NCBI GenBank assembly: GCA_039934355.1 | Contig: JBDTMI010000008.1 | Span: 3,012 to 67,011 of the forward strand | DNA: 64,000 bases | Origin: Gemmatimonadales bacterium | GTDB lineage: Bacteria; Gemmatimonadota; Gemmatimonadetes; Gemmatimonadales; GWC2-71-9 | Reading direction: 5' to 3' | Part shown: positions 1 to 9,316 of the stretch, in pieces | How the letters are laid out: the number at the start of each line of letters is the position of its first letter | Numbering within the stretch: position 1 is the stretch's first letter | Made by a program: the position numbers and the translations under genes | The notes under the pieces: generated by a model | Told to the model about the DNA's origin: nothing | What the model saw: the letters and a program-made list of their open reading frames with translations, nothing else | Database searches by the model: none

Positions 1-1163
1 GCGACCCCTGACGCCCGCAGGCTGTTAGGGCCGTCCTGCCCGGTGGCGAAGGTGATGGGTGCGCCCGAGGGGCGACCGGCCCGCATCGGGACGAAGGTGA
101 TGCGATAGCCCTCTTGCGGCAGGGGGGCGCGGTTCCAGGAGCCGTGGAAGGCAACGAACAGCCCACCGCGATAGCGCTCGGGAAACTGCGTGGCCGTATA
201 GAACGCCATCGCCATGGGGGCCCAGTGGCCCGGAAATCCGAGCAACGGCGACTTCTTGGAAGCGCAGCGCCCGATCGCCTTGCCATCGCCGCCGTACTCG
301 GGGGCCAGGACCAGCTTGCCCTGCTGGTGATCGAAATAGCAGTAGGGCCAGCCGAAGTCGTCGCCCATCGACACCTGGACCAGCTCCTCGCTCGGCAACT
401 CCGCGCCCTGCACGTCGGTGAAGCCCCAGTTCTGGGCCAGCTGATCCCGCCCATGGGGCGCGGCGAACAGCGCGCCGTCCGCGGGATTCACCGCCAGCGC
501 GAGCGCGTTGCGGAGCCCGGTCGCATAGCGGGTGCCGTCGCCCGACCGCTGACCGGGCCTGGTGCTGCTGAAACGCCAGAGGCCGGCGCGTCGCTCCAGC
601 TCGGTGCAGGGCTCGTGGCCCGGAGAGCGGGAGCTGCGATCCCGCTCCTGGCAGCTGTTGGTCTGGGAACCGATGTTCACGATCATGGTGTCACCGCCGA
701 GGAAGACCAGGCTTTTCGCGGTGTGGCCGCCGGTCGGCAGCCCCTCGACGATGGTCTCGGGCGGACTGGTCGGCCGCAGTGCGCCAGGCGTCCAGCGCCA
801 GCGGATGACCCGGTCGTCGGGGGAGAAATAGAGATAGCCGCCATGAAACCCGAGCCCGGTCCCACCCTCGTCGCCGAAGGTCTCCCGCTGGTCGGCCTCG
901 CCATCCCCGTTGGTATCCCGCAGGGCGACAATGCCGTTGTTGTCGAGGGAAACGAACAGATCCCCATTGGTGGCGACGGTGAGATGGCGGAGTGCACCGA
1001 GGCGGGTCACCACGCGAATGGCGCAGAATCCCTCCGGCAGCGCGAGTCCGCTGGTGCGCGTACAGCTCGGTGGCGGGGTCGTCGGCAGCGGCAATTGCAG
1101 CCGCGCCCGAGGGGAAATGAGGGTCGTGGCAAGGGTCAGCAGGACGAACGCGGGGCGAGGCAT
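1..1163 (-). CDS. PQQ-dependent sugar (glucose/sorbosone) dehydrogenase-like protein; partial, continues past the left edge
   Basis: I translated the minus strand myself from the ATG (complement of 1161-1163). The product starts MPRPAFVLLTLATTL (signal-like), then shows LPEGF, NGDGEAD, DFGWPYCY and FHGSWNR motifs typical of soluble sorbosone/glucose dehydrogenases. The frame is open to position 1, so it is missing from the ORF track. ORF 114..1184 + is its antisense shadow. Confidence 0.7.
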   Translation of the reverse strand, partial: MPRPAFVLLTLATTLISPRARLQLPLPTTPPPSCTRTSGLALPEGFCAIRVVTRLGALRHLTVATNGDLFVSLDNNGIVALRDTNGDGEADQRETFGDEGGTGLGFHGGYLYFSPDDRVIRWRWTPGALRPTSPPETIVEGLPTGGHTAKSLVFLGGDTMIVNIGSQTNSCQERDRSSRSPGHEPCTELERRAGLWRFSSTRPGQRSGDGTRYATGLRNALALAVNPADGALFAAPHGRDQLAQNWGFTDVQGAELPSEELVQVSMGDDFGWPYCYFDHQQGKLVLAPEYGGDGKAIGRCASKKSPLLGFPGHWAPMAMAFYTATQFPERYRGGLFVAFHGSWNRAPLPQEGYRITFVPMRAGRPSGAPITFATGQDGPNSLRASGV

Positions 1164-1184
1164 GACAGGCTCCAGCAGTGGTGA

Positions 1185-1289
1185 CAGAGGGAAAATAGCC
1201 CCGTCGGAGGGACCTTCCCAGAGGGGACGATGACGTTCCCAGAGGGGAAAATGGCGTTTCCAGAGGGGAAAATGGCATTTTCCCTCTTG
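1185..1289. repeat. CAGAGGG(G)A motif array: one upstream copy, three tandem 21-bp units (1215-1235, 1236-1256, 1257-1277) and one inverted copy
   Basis: Read directly. The three units are ttcccagaggggacgatgacg, ttcccagaggggaaaatggcg and tttccagaggggaaaatggca, followed by the inverted attttccctcttg. The array lies in the divergent region between the dehydrogenase start (1163) and the SWIB start (1382). Confidence 0.8.
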
Positions 1290-1381
1290 CACGCCTTGGG
1301 CAATGCCTTAGTTTGTGACGTGTTCGGCGCGGCTACCTGGGTGCGCCGAAGCATGATAACCACCCCAACGGAGGAATCCTG

Positions 1382-1687
1382 ATGGCAGTCAAGAAGAAGG
1401 CGGCCAAGAAAAAGGCCGCGAAGAAGGCAACGAAGCGGAAGCCGAATGCGGCGTTTATGAAGCCGGTCATGCCGGACGCCAAGCTCGCCGAGGTGGTGGG
1501 CTCGAAGGGCCTGCCGCGCACCGAGCTCACCAAGAAGCTCTGGCAGTACATCAAGAAGAATGGTCTGCAGGACAAGAAGAATCGCCGGATGATCAACGCC
1601 GACGCCGCGCTGCTGGCCGTCTTCGGCGGCAAGAAGCAGGTCTCGATGTTCGAGATGACCAAGCTGGTCAGCAAGCACGTCAAGTAA
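1382..1687 (+). CDS. SWIB/MDM2-domain protein with a lysine/alanine-rich basic N-terminal tail
   Basis: 101 aa. The AVKKKAAKKKAAKKATKRK tail is followed by LAEVVGSKGLPRTELTKKLWQYIKKNGLQD, a typical SWIB fold signature. GGAGGA lies 6 nt upstream of the ATG. Confidence 0.9.
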   Translation: MAVKKKAAKKKAAKKATKRKPNAAFMKPVMPDAKLAEVVGSKGLPRTELTKKLWQYIKKNGLQDKKNRRMINADAALLAVFGGKKQVSMFEMTKLVSKHVK

Positions 1688-1751
1688 GGCAGCTCCGCGC
1701 GCCTCGGGGCGCGCGTCCGGGTCGATTCCGACCCACGCGGTACTCGGTATC

Positions 1752-1787
1752 AAGGGCGCTCCCGTCGGGGCGCCCTTCGCGTGTTTT
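1752..1787 (+). terminator. Intrinsic terminator after the SWIB gene
   Basis: The stem aagggcgc(t)ccc / ggg gcgccctt is followed by cgcgtgttttt. Confidence 0.6.
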
Positions 1788-1879
1788 TGGCGGGGCGGCC
1801 TTCGCGTCGTGTGGCGGGGCGGACCAATGGGTCCGCCCCTACCCTGCACCGCGATGTGGCGCCCGCTTCCCGACCCACC

Positions 1880-1885
1880 TATAAT
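1880..1885 (+). promoter_or_regulatory. Candidate -10 box (TATAAT) 9 nt upstream of the ettA ATG
   Basis: A perfect TATAAT sits at 1880-1885 and the ATG at 1895. There is no SD motif between them and I saw no convincing -35. Confidence 0.3.
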
Positions 1886-1894
1886 CCGCGCCCT

Positions 1895-3570
<1,676 letters not shown>

Positions 3571-3571
<1 letters not shown>

Positions 3572-3675
3572 CTGACAGCGTTCAGCCCTGGGTCAATAGT
3601 TCCCGCCCCCCGCGCTTCACTGGAGCCCTCGGCTGAACGCGCACCGCTGAACGCTGAATGCTGAATGCTCAGCGG
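3571..3675. repeat. Heptanucleotide repeat cluster (GCTGAAY family)
   Basis: gctgaca gcgttca gccctgg begins at the ettA stop codon. The core gctgaac gctgaat gctgaat gctcagc lies at 3647-3674. Confidence 0.8.
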
Positions 3676-3737
3676 CTTATTCCCTCCCTCCCCGGCCCGT
3701 GGTACCTTCCCGAAGCGAAACCCTCTACCGCCTGTCC

Positions 3738-5888
3738 ATGACTCAGCCGCGTACCCGCATCCCGTACCTGCCCCCGCGAATCGAAGGCCTTGCCGCGCTC
3801 GCTACAAACCTCTGGTGGAGCTGGTCCCTCGAGGCCCGGCATCTCTTCCGGCGGATCGATGAACCGCTCTGGCACCTGACCAAGCACAATCCCCTCGAGC
3901 TGCTGCGCCGGGTCGATCCCGCGCGCCTCGCCGATTGCGCCGCGGACCCCGGGTTCCTGTCGCTCTACGACCGGGTCATGGATACGGCGCACCGCGCCCT
4001 GACGACACCGAACACCTGGTTCCAGGGCCGCCATCCTGACCTGACCCGACCGGTGGCGTACTTCTGCGCCGAGTTCGGGCTGCACAATTCGGTGCCGATC
4101 TATTCCGGCGGGCTCGGCATCCTCGCGGGCGATCATTGCAAGGCCGCCTCGGATCTCGGGGTCCCGCTCGTCGGCGTGGGCCTGTTCTACACCAAGGGCT
4201 ATTTCGACCAGCGTCTCCGTCTCGATGGCTGGCAGGAAGACAGCGACGTCAAGTTTGATCTGGAGACCATTCCCCTGGAGCGGATCCCCGGCGCAAACGG
4301 GGATCCCTGGCTCACCACGGTGGACACCTTTGGCCGACCGGTCCATGTCGCCGCATGGCGCCTGCTGGTCGGCCGGGTGCCGGTCTACCTGCTCGACACC
4401 AACCTCCCGCAAAACGACCCCGCCGATCGCGATCTCTCGGCCAAGCTCTACGCCGGGGGGCCGGACATGCGCCTGCGGCAGGAGTGGCTGCTCGGTGTGG
4501 GCGGGGTGCGAGTCCTGCGAGCGCTCGGCATCGAACCTGCCGCCTGGCACGCCAACGAAGGGCATGCGGCCTTCATGCTGGTCGAGCGGCTGCGGGAACT
4601 GCTGGTCGCGGGATTGAGCTACCCGGAGGCCGTCGCGCAGGTGCGCGCCAGCAGCGTCTTCACCACCCATACACCGGTGCCGGCGGGACATGATCGCTTC
4701 AGCATCGATCAGGTGCTGGCGTGCGCCACCCCGGCCTGGGAGGAGATGGGCCTGACGCCGGAGCAGTTTGTCGCGCTCGGAGGGCATCCGGAAGATGCCC
4801 ACCCCCTCTTCCACATGACCGCCACGGCGATTCGTCTCTCGGGCCGGGTCAACGGCGTCGCCCGCAAGCACGGCGAGGTCTCCCGCGAGCTCTGGCAGCC
4901 GCTGTGGCCACAGCTGCGCGCCGAGCAGGTGCCGATCGGCCACATCACCAACGGTGTGCACCTGCCGACCTGGATGTCGAGCCGCATGATCCGGGTCCTC
5001 GACCGCCACCTCGGCGAAGGCTGGATGGACCGGCGGGACCAGCCCGGCTTCTGGGAGGGCGTGCTGACACTGGACGACGCGCTGCTCTGGCGCGAGCATC
5101 AGGAGTGCAAGCGAGGACTGCTGAATTACATCCGGGAGGAGGCCCGCCGGCGCTGGGCTGACCGGTGGAAGGAAGCCGCCCATGTCGTCGGGGCCGGCAC
5201 GCTGATCAGTCCCGATGCGCTGGTGATCGGCTTCGCGCGGCGTTTCGCGACGTACAAGCGCGCGTCGATCCTGTTCAGCGACTTTGACCGGCTGCACGAC
5301 CTGCTCACCAATGCGTGGCGCCCGGTGCAGCTCATTTTCGCGGGGAAGGCCCATCCGGAGGACGGACCCGGCAAGGAAGTCCTGCAGCAGGTCTACACCT
5401 TCACTCGGGATCCTCGCCTCGAGGGCCGGGTGGCCTTCATCGAGGACTACGAGATGCACCTCGCCCATCGTCTGGTACAGGGCGTCGACATCTGGATGAA
5501 CGTCCCGCGGGTGCCGCTGGAGGCCTGTGGCACCAGCGGAATGAAGGCGGGGTTGAATGCGGTCCCGCAACTCAGCACGCTCGATGGGTGGTGGGCCGAG
5601 GGGTATAGTGGACGCAACGGCTGGGCGATACCACCGGTCCAGCCCGGCGAGGATGCCGATACCGCCGACGCCGACCGGCTCTTCAGTCTCCTGGAGGATC
5701 AGGTGGTGCCGATGTACTACACTCGCGACGCGCGTGGGCTTCCGGTGGAATGGCTGCAGCGCATGAAACAGGCGCTCAAAGTCACCGGCGAGCACTTCGA
5801 TGCCCGACGCATGGTGCACGACTACGTCAGCGACTATTACGCACCTGCGATGCGCGGTGATGCGCCTGACACCCCTTCCCCGGTCTGA
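3738..5888 (+). CDS. glgP: Alpha-glucan (glycogen/maltodextrin) phosphorylase, GT35, DUF3417-type
   Basis: The N-terminal LATNLWWSWS motif and the PLP-lysine region CGTSGMKAGLN are present. The length fits the archaeal/bacterial short GT35 clade. The start is taken at MTQPRT. Confidence 0.9.
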   Translation: MTQPRTRIPYLPPRIEGLAALATNLWWSWSLEARHLFRRIDEPLWHLTKHNPLELLRRVDPARLADCAADPGFLSLYDRVMDTAHRALTTPNTWFQGRHPDLTRPVAYFCAEFGLHNSVPIYSGGLGILAGDHCKAASDLGVPLVGVGLFYTKGYFDQRLRLDGWQEDSDVKFDLETIPLERIPGANGDPWLTTVDTFGRPVHVAAWRLLVGRVPVYLLDTNLPQNDPADRDLSAKLYAGGPDMRLRQEWLLGVGGVRVLRALGIEPAAWHANEGHAAFMLVERLRELLVAGLSYPEAVAQVRASSVFTTHTPVPAGHDRFSIDQVLACATPAWEEMGLTPEQFVALGGHPEDAHPLFHMTATAIRLSGRVNGVARKHGEVSRELWQPLWPQLRAEQVPIGHITNGVHLPTWMSSRMIRVLDRHLGEGWMDRRDQPGFWEGVLTLDDALLWREHQECKRGLLNYIREEARRRWADRWKEAAHVVGAGTLISPDALVIGFARRFATYKRASILFSDFDRLHDLLTNAWRPVQLIFAGKAHPEDGPGKEVLQQVYTFTRDPRLEGRVAFIEDYEMHLAHRLVQGVDIWMNVPRVPLEACGTSGMKAGLNAVPQLSTLDGWWAEGYSGRNGWAIPPVQPGEDADTADADRLFSLLEDQVVPMYYTRDARGLPVEWLQRMKQALKVTGEHFDARRMVHDYVSDYYAPAMRGDAPDTPSPV

Positions 5889-5889
5889 G

Positions 5890-7392
5890 ATGCGAGCCTC
5901 CGCCGAGCACCGTGTGGGTGACGCCGGCCTCGGCAACGCCGAGGGCGCGCCGGTGGGCGTGGTGCACCTCGCCGCGGAGTATGGCTGGCTGGCGCGCACC
6001 GGTGGGCTCGCGGAGGCGGTCGCCGGACTCGCTGCCAGTCAGGCGGCCGCGGGGATCCCCTCGGCAGTGATCATCCCGCTGCATCGCTCGGTACGCAGCG
6101 CGGCGCCGGGGCTCGAGCGGGTGGGCGGGCCGTTCCAGGTGCAGGTCGGCCCCCGCACCGAGGAGGCGCGGCTGTTCCGGATCCCGTCGGGACCGGGCGA
6201 AACGAAGGTCTACTGCATCGAGCATCCCTACTTCGATCGCGCCGGTCTCTATGGCGAATCGGGGATGGATTACCCCGACAACCTGCAGCGCTGGGCCTTC
6301 TTCTGCCGCGCCGCGCTGGAGGTGCTGGCCAAGGTTACCCGCTCTCCGTGCATCCTGCATTGTCACGACTGGCACACCGCGCTGGCCCCGGTCTACCTCC
6401 GGCTGTATCACCCAGAGCAGCCCTTCGCCCGAGGCATCCGCACCGTCCTCACCGTGCACAACGCCGGCTTCCAGGGACACTTCAGCGCCGACGGCATGCC
6501 CGAAGTCGGATTGCCGTGGGAGCTGTATACCTGGCAGGGGCTGGAATGGCACGACAAGATGAACCTGCTGAAGGGCGGGCTGAAGTTCGCCGATTCGGTC
6601 ACGACCGTGAGCCCGACGCACGCACACGAGCTGCGAACTCCGGTCGGCGGGTTCGGACTGCACGATGTGTTTGTCGCCCTCGGTGACCGGTTCACCGGCA
6701 TCGTGAACGGTATCGACATGGAGGAGTGGAATCCGGCCAACGACGACATGATCACGGCGAAGTATTCGGTGGAGGACCTCGCCGGCAAGGCGCGGTGCAA
6801 GGCGACATTGCAGCGGAGCTTCGGCCTGCCCCAGCGCCGGAGGATCCCGCTCTTCGCCATGACCGCCCGAATGACGCACCAGAAGGGGCTCGAACTGATC
6901 ACCGGCGACTACACCCTCTTCATGCTCGAGGCGCAGTTCATCTTCCTCGGGACCGGCGAGCCGAAGTACGAGGCCATGCTCAAGATGTACGAGGCCCGCT
7001 GGCCCGACCGGATCAGCGTGCATCTCGGTTTCTCGCAGCGCCTGGAGCACCGGCTGATGGCCGGGGCCGACATCTATCTGATGCCCTCGCTGTATGAACC
7101 CTGCGGACTGGCCCAGCTCCGGGCCGAGCGCTACGGCGCCATCCCGCTCGCACGGCGGGTGGGCGGCCTCGCGGACACGATCGAGGACGGGGCGACGGGG
7201 TTCCTGTTCGACGAGTACAGTTCCGAGGATCTGCTGCGCGTCGCGCGCCATGTCATGGATCGCTACCACCACGGGCGAGCCTGGGAGACCATGATGCACA
7301 ACGCCATGCAGAAGGATTTTTCCTGGTCCCGCTCGGGCGAGAAGTACCTCGCAATCTACCGCCGTATCCTCGCCGCGCCGGCTGTGGCCTGA
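5890..7392 (+). CDS. glgA: Glycogen synthase (GT5)
   Basis: The protein shows VVHLAAEYGWLARTGGLAEAV (a KTGGL-type motif with R), CHDWHTAL and PSLYEPCGLAQL. The ATG at 5890 immediately follows the glgP stop. Confidence 0.9.
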   Translation: MRASAEHRVGDAGLGNAEGAPVGVVHLAAEYGWLARTGGLAEAVAGLAASQAAAGIPSAVIIPLHRSVRSAAPGLERVGGPFQVQVGPRTEEARLFRIPSGPGETKVYCIEHPYFDRAGLYGESGMDYPDNLQRWAFFCRAALEVLAKVTRSPCILHCHDWHTALAPVYLRLYHPEQPFARGIRTVLTVHNAGFQGHFSADGMPEVGLPWELYTWQGLEWHDKMNLLKGGLKFADSVTTVSPTHAHELRTPVGGFGLHDVFVALGDRFTGIVNGIDMEEWNPANDDMITAKYSVEDLAGKARCKATLQRSFGLPQRRRIPLFAMTARMTHQKGLELITGDYTLFMLEAQFIFLGTGEPKYEAMLKMYEARWPDRISVHLGFSQRLEHRLMAGADIYLMPSLYEPCGLAQLRAERYGAIPLARRVGGLADTIEDGATGFLFDEYSSEDLLRVARHVMDRYHHGRAWETMMHNAMQKDFSWSRSGEKYLAIYRRILAAPAVA

Positions 7393-7405
7393 GGGGGAGT
7401 TGGTC

Positions 7406-9118
7406 ATGGATTTCATTCTCGCCCTGCACAGCCACCTGCCCTGGGTCCTGAACCACGGACGCTGGCCCCATGGCAGCGACTGGCTCACCGAGGCGGCGAT
7501 CGACACCTATCTCCCGCTGCTCCTCACCCTGGAGCAGCTGGAGCGCGACGGGGTGCCCGCCCCGGTGACACTCGGCATCACGCCAGTGCTGGCCAATCAG
7601 CTGTGCAGCCCCGACTTCAACGACGAACTCGAGGCGTACTTCACCCAGCGCCTCGAAGCCTGCGACACCGCTCCCGCCTCGCTGCGCACCACCGGCGATG
7701 CGCACCTCACGCCGCTGGTCGATCACTGGCGGACCCACCTGCTGGCCCTGCGGGCCCGATTCCGCGAGGCGGATGGCGATCTCACCCGCCCGTTCCGCCG
7801 GCTGGAAGAGGCGGGCCGGCTGGAACTCATCTCCTGCGGCGCCACCCACGGCTTCCTGCCGCTGCTCGCGCGCGACGAGAGCATTCAGCTGCAGCTCCGT
7901 CTAGGGCGGAGCGAGCATCGTCGCATTTTCGGCAAGGACCCCGTCGGCCTCTGGCTGCCCGAGTGCGCCTACCGCCCCGCCGGACCGTGGGCCCCGCTCC
8001 CCGAGGCCCCGGCGAGCCCGATGCGGCGCGGGATCGAGGATCACGTCGCGGAGGCGGGCTTTCGATATTTCTTCGTCGACAGCCACCTCGCCGAAGCCGG
8101 GGCGGCCTTCAAGCTCTACGGCGCTGATTGGGGGGAATGGCGCGCCGGGGGTGCCGGGGACACCCGCCATCCTGAGCCCACACCTCCCCGGACCATCGAG
8201 TCGCCGACGACCAACTCCCCGTATCAGGCGTATCGGGTCGCGAGCGGGGATGGATCGTCCCCCGTCGCGGCGTACATCCGTGATCCCCTGGCCTCGCGCC
8301 AGGTATGGAGTAAGCAGGAGGGGTATCCCGGCGACGAGTGGTATCTCGAGTTCCACAAGATCCGCTGGCCCGGTGGTCTCAAGTACTGGCGGGTGAGTGC
8401 GCCCGGCTCGGACCTCGGTGCCAAGCTCCCCTATGCTCCCCAGCAGGCCCGGGAGCGGGCGGCCGATCATGCCCGGCACTTCGCCGGCCTGCTGCATCGG
8501 ATCGCGGCGTCGCCCAACCGTCGACCCGCCGAGGATGTGGTCGCCGTCCCGTTCGATACCGAGCTCTTCGGCCATTGGTGGCATGAGGGGGTCGACTTCC
8601 TTGGCGAGGTCTTCCGCGCGCTGCAGCACCAGTCGACGATCGCGCCCAGTACCGGCGGCGCCCACCTGCGGCTGGCGCCGCCGACGCGGGGCGTTCACCT
8701 CGCGAGCGGAACGTGGGGCGCCAATGGCGACGCGAGCATGTGGCTGAACGCGGAGACGGCGTGGACCTGGCCGCGGCTGTGGAAGATCGAGGAATCGTTC
8801 TGGCGGGTCGCGCCGGCCGCGCTGGCCTCGACAGCCCACCACCTGGTGCTGGCACAGGCCGCACGCGAGATGCTGCTCGCCATGTCGTCCGACTGGCAGT
8901 TCATCATCACGACCGGCGCGGTCACCGACTATGCGGTGAAGCGTTTCACCGAGCATTGCACCGACGCCGAATTCCTCATCTCCGCGCTCCAGTCAGGCGC
9001 GACCAATCTCGCGGCGGCCCAGTCGCAGGCGGCGGAGATGTGGCGGCGGGATCATCTCTTCCCCAACGTGCTGGAAACGGTGGCGGAAGTGGTGGGAGGG
9101 GTGGCCGTTAGCCGTTAG
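7406..9118 (+). CDS. GH57-family 1,4-alpha-glucan branching enzyme-like protein
   Basis: MDFILALHSHLPWV is GH57 region 1 of the branching-enzyme type. The length and C-terminal helical domain match Thermus/Thermococcus-type GH57 branching enzymes. GAGGGGGAG lies upstream of the ATG. Confidence 0.8.
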   Translation: MDFILALHSHLPWVLNHGRWPHGSDWLTEAAIDTYLPLLLTLEQLERDGVPAPVTLGITPVLANQLCSPDFNDELEAYFTQRLEACDTAPASLRTTGDAHLTPLVDHWRTHLLALRARFREADGDLTRPFRRLEEAGRLELISCGATHGFLPLLARDESIQLQLRLGRSEHRRIFGKDPVGLWLPECAYRPAGPWAPLPEAPASPMRRGIEDHVAEAGFRYFFVDSHLAEAGAAFKLYGADWGEWRAGGAGDTRHPEPTPPRTIESPTTNSPYQAYRVASGDGSSPVAAYIRDPLASRQVWSKQEGYPGDEWYLEFHKIRWPGGLKYWRVSAPGSDLGAKLPYAPQQARERAADHARHFAGLLHRIAASPNRRPAEDVVAVPFDTELFGHWWHEGVDFLGEVFRALQHQSTIAPSTGGAHLRLAPPTRGVHLASGTWGANGDASMWLNAETAWTWPRLWKIEESFWRVAPAALASTAHHLVLAQAAREMLLAMSSDWQFIITTGAVTDYAVKRFTEHCTDAEFLISALQSGATNLAAAQSQAAEMWRRDHLFPNVLETVAEVVGGVAVSR

Positions 9119-9142
9119 CCGTTAGCCGTTGGCCGTTGGCCG
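9104..9142. repeat. Heptanucleotide tandem repeat (GCCGTTR, 5.5 units)
   Basis: The array reads gccgtta x3, gccgttg x2, gccg. It overlaps the last codons and the TAG stop (9116-9118) of the GH57 gene. Confidence 0.9.
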
Positions 9143-9316
9143 AGAAATAGTGCTGTCATCCTGAGGCCCGAAGGGCCGAAGGATCTCTTGCGATCGGAAC
9201 AGGAGCCGGGAATGTGCTCCGAGGCGAGGACTTCCTTCGCTGCACCCAGGACAAATGTTCGCGGCGGCAATTCCCCTCACTCCGCACTCCCTACTCCCAA
9301 CCGTCCCCTCAACTCC

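Noticed and set aside
114-1184. A 356-aa plus-strand ORF at the left edge.
   Set aside because: The opposite strand translates into a PQQ-type dehydrogenase with clear motifs and a signal peptide. The plus-strand product has no recognisable features.
1781-1894. N-terminal extensions offered by the ORF track (ettA from 1781, TonB receptor from 37455, adaptor from 62917, GH15-like from 45024, permeases from 43361/44023, ATP-grasp from 15814/15176).
   Set aside because: The extensions overlap upstream genes or run through repeat or terminator sequence. They lack family similarity. Internal starts give canonical N-termini, signal peptides or 4-nt start/stop overlaps.
3669-5999. A 776-aa minus-strand ORF covering the whole phosphorylase gene.
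   Set aside because: It is an antisense shadow ORF typical of high-GC DNA. The translation is Arg/Pro/Gly/Ala-rich with no recognisable motif, while the plus strand encodes a well-conserved GT35 phosphorylase.
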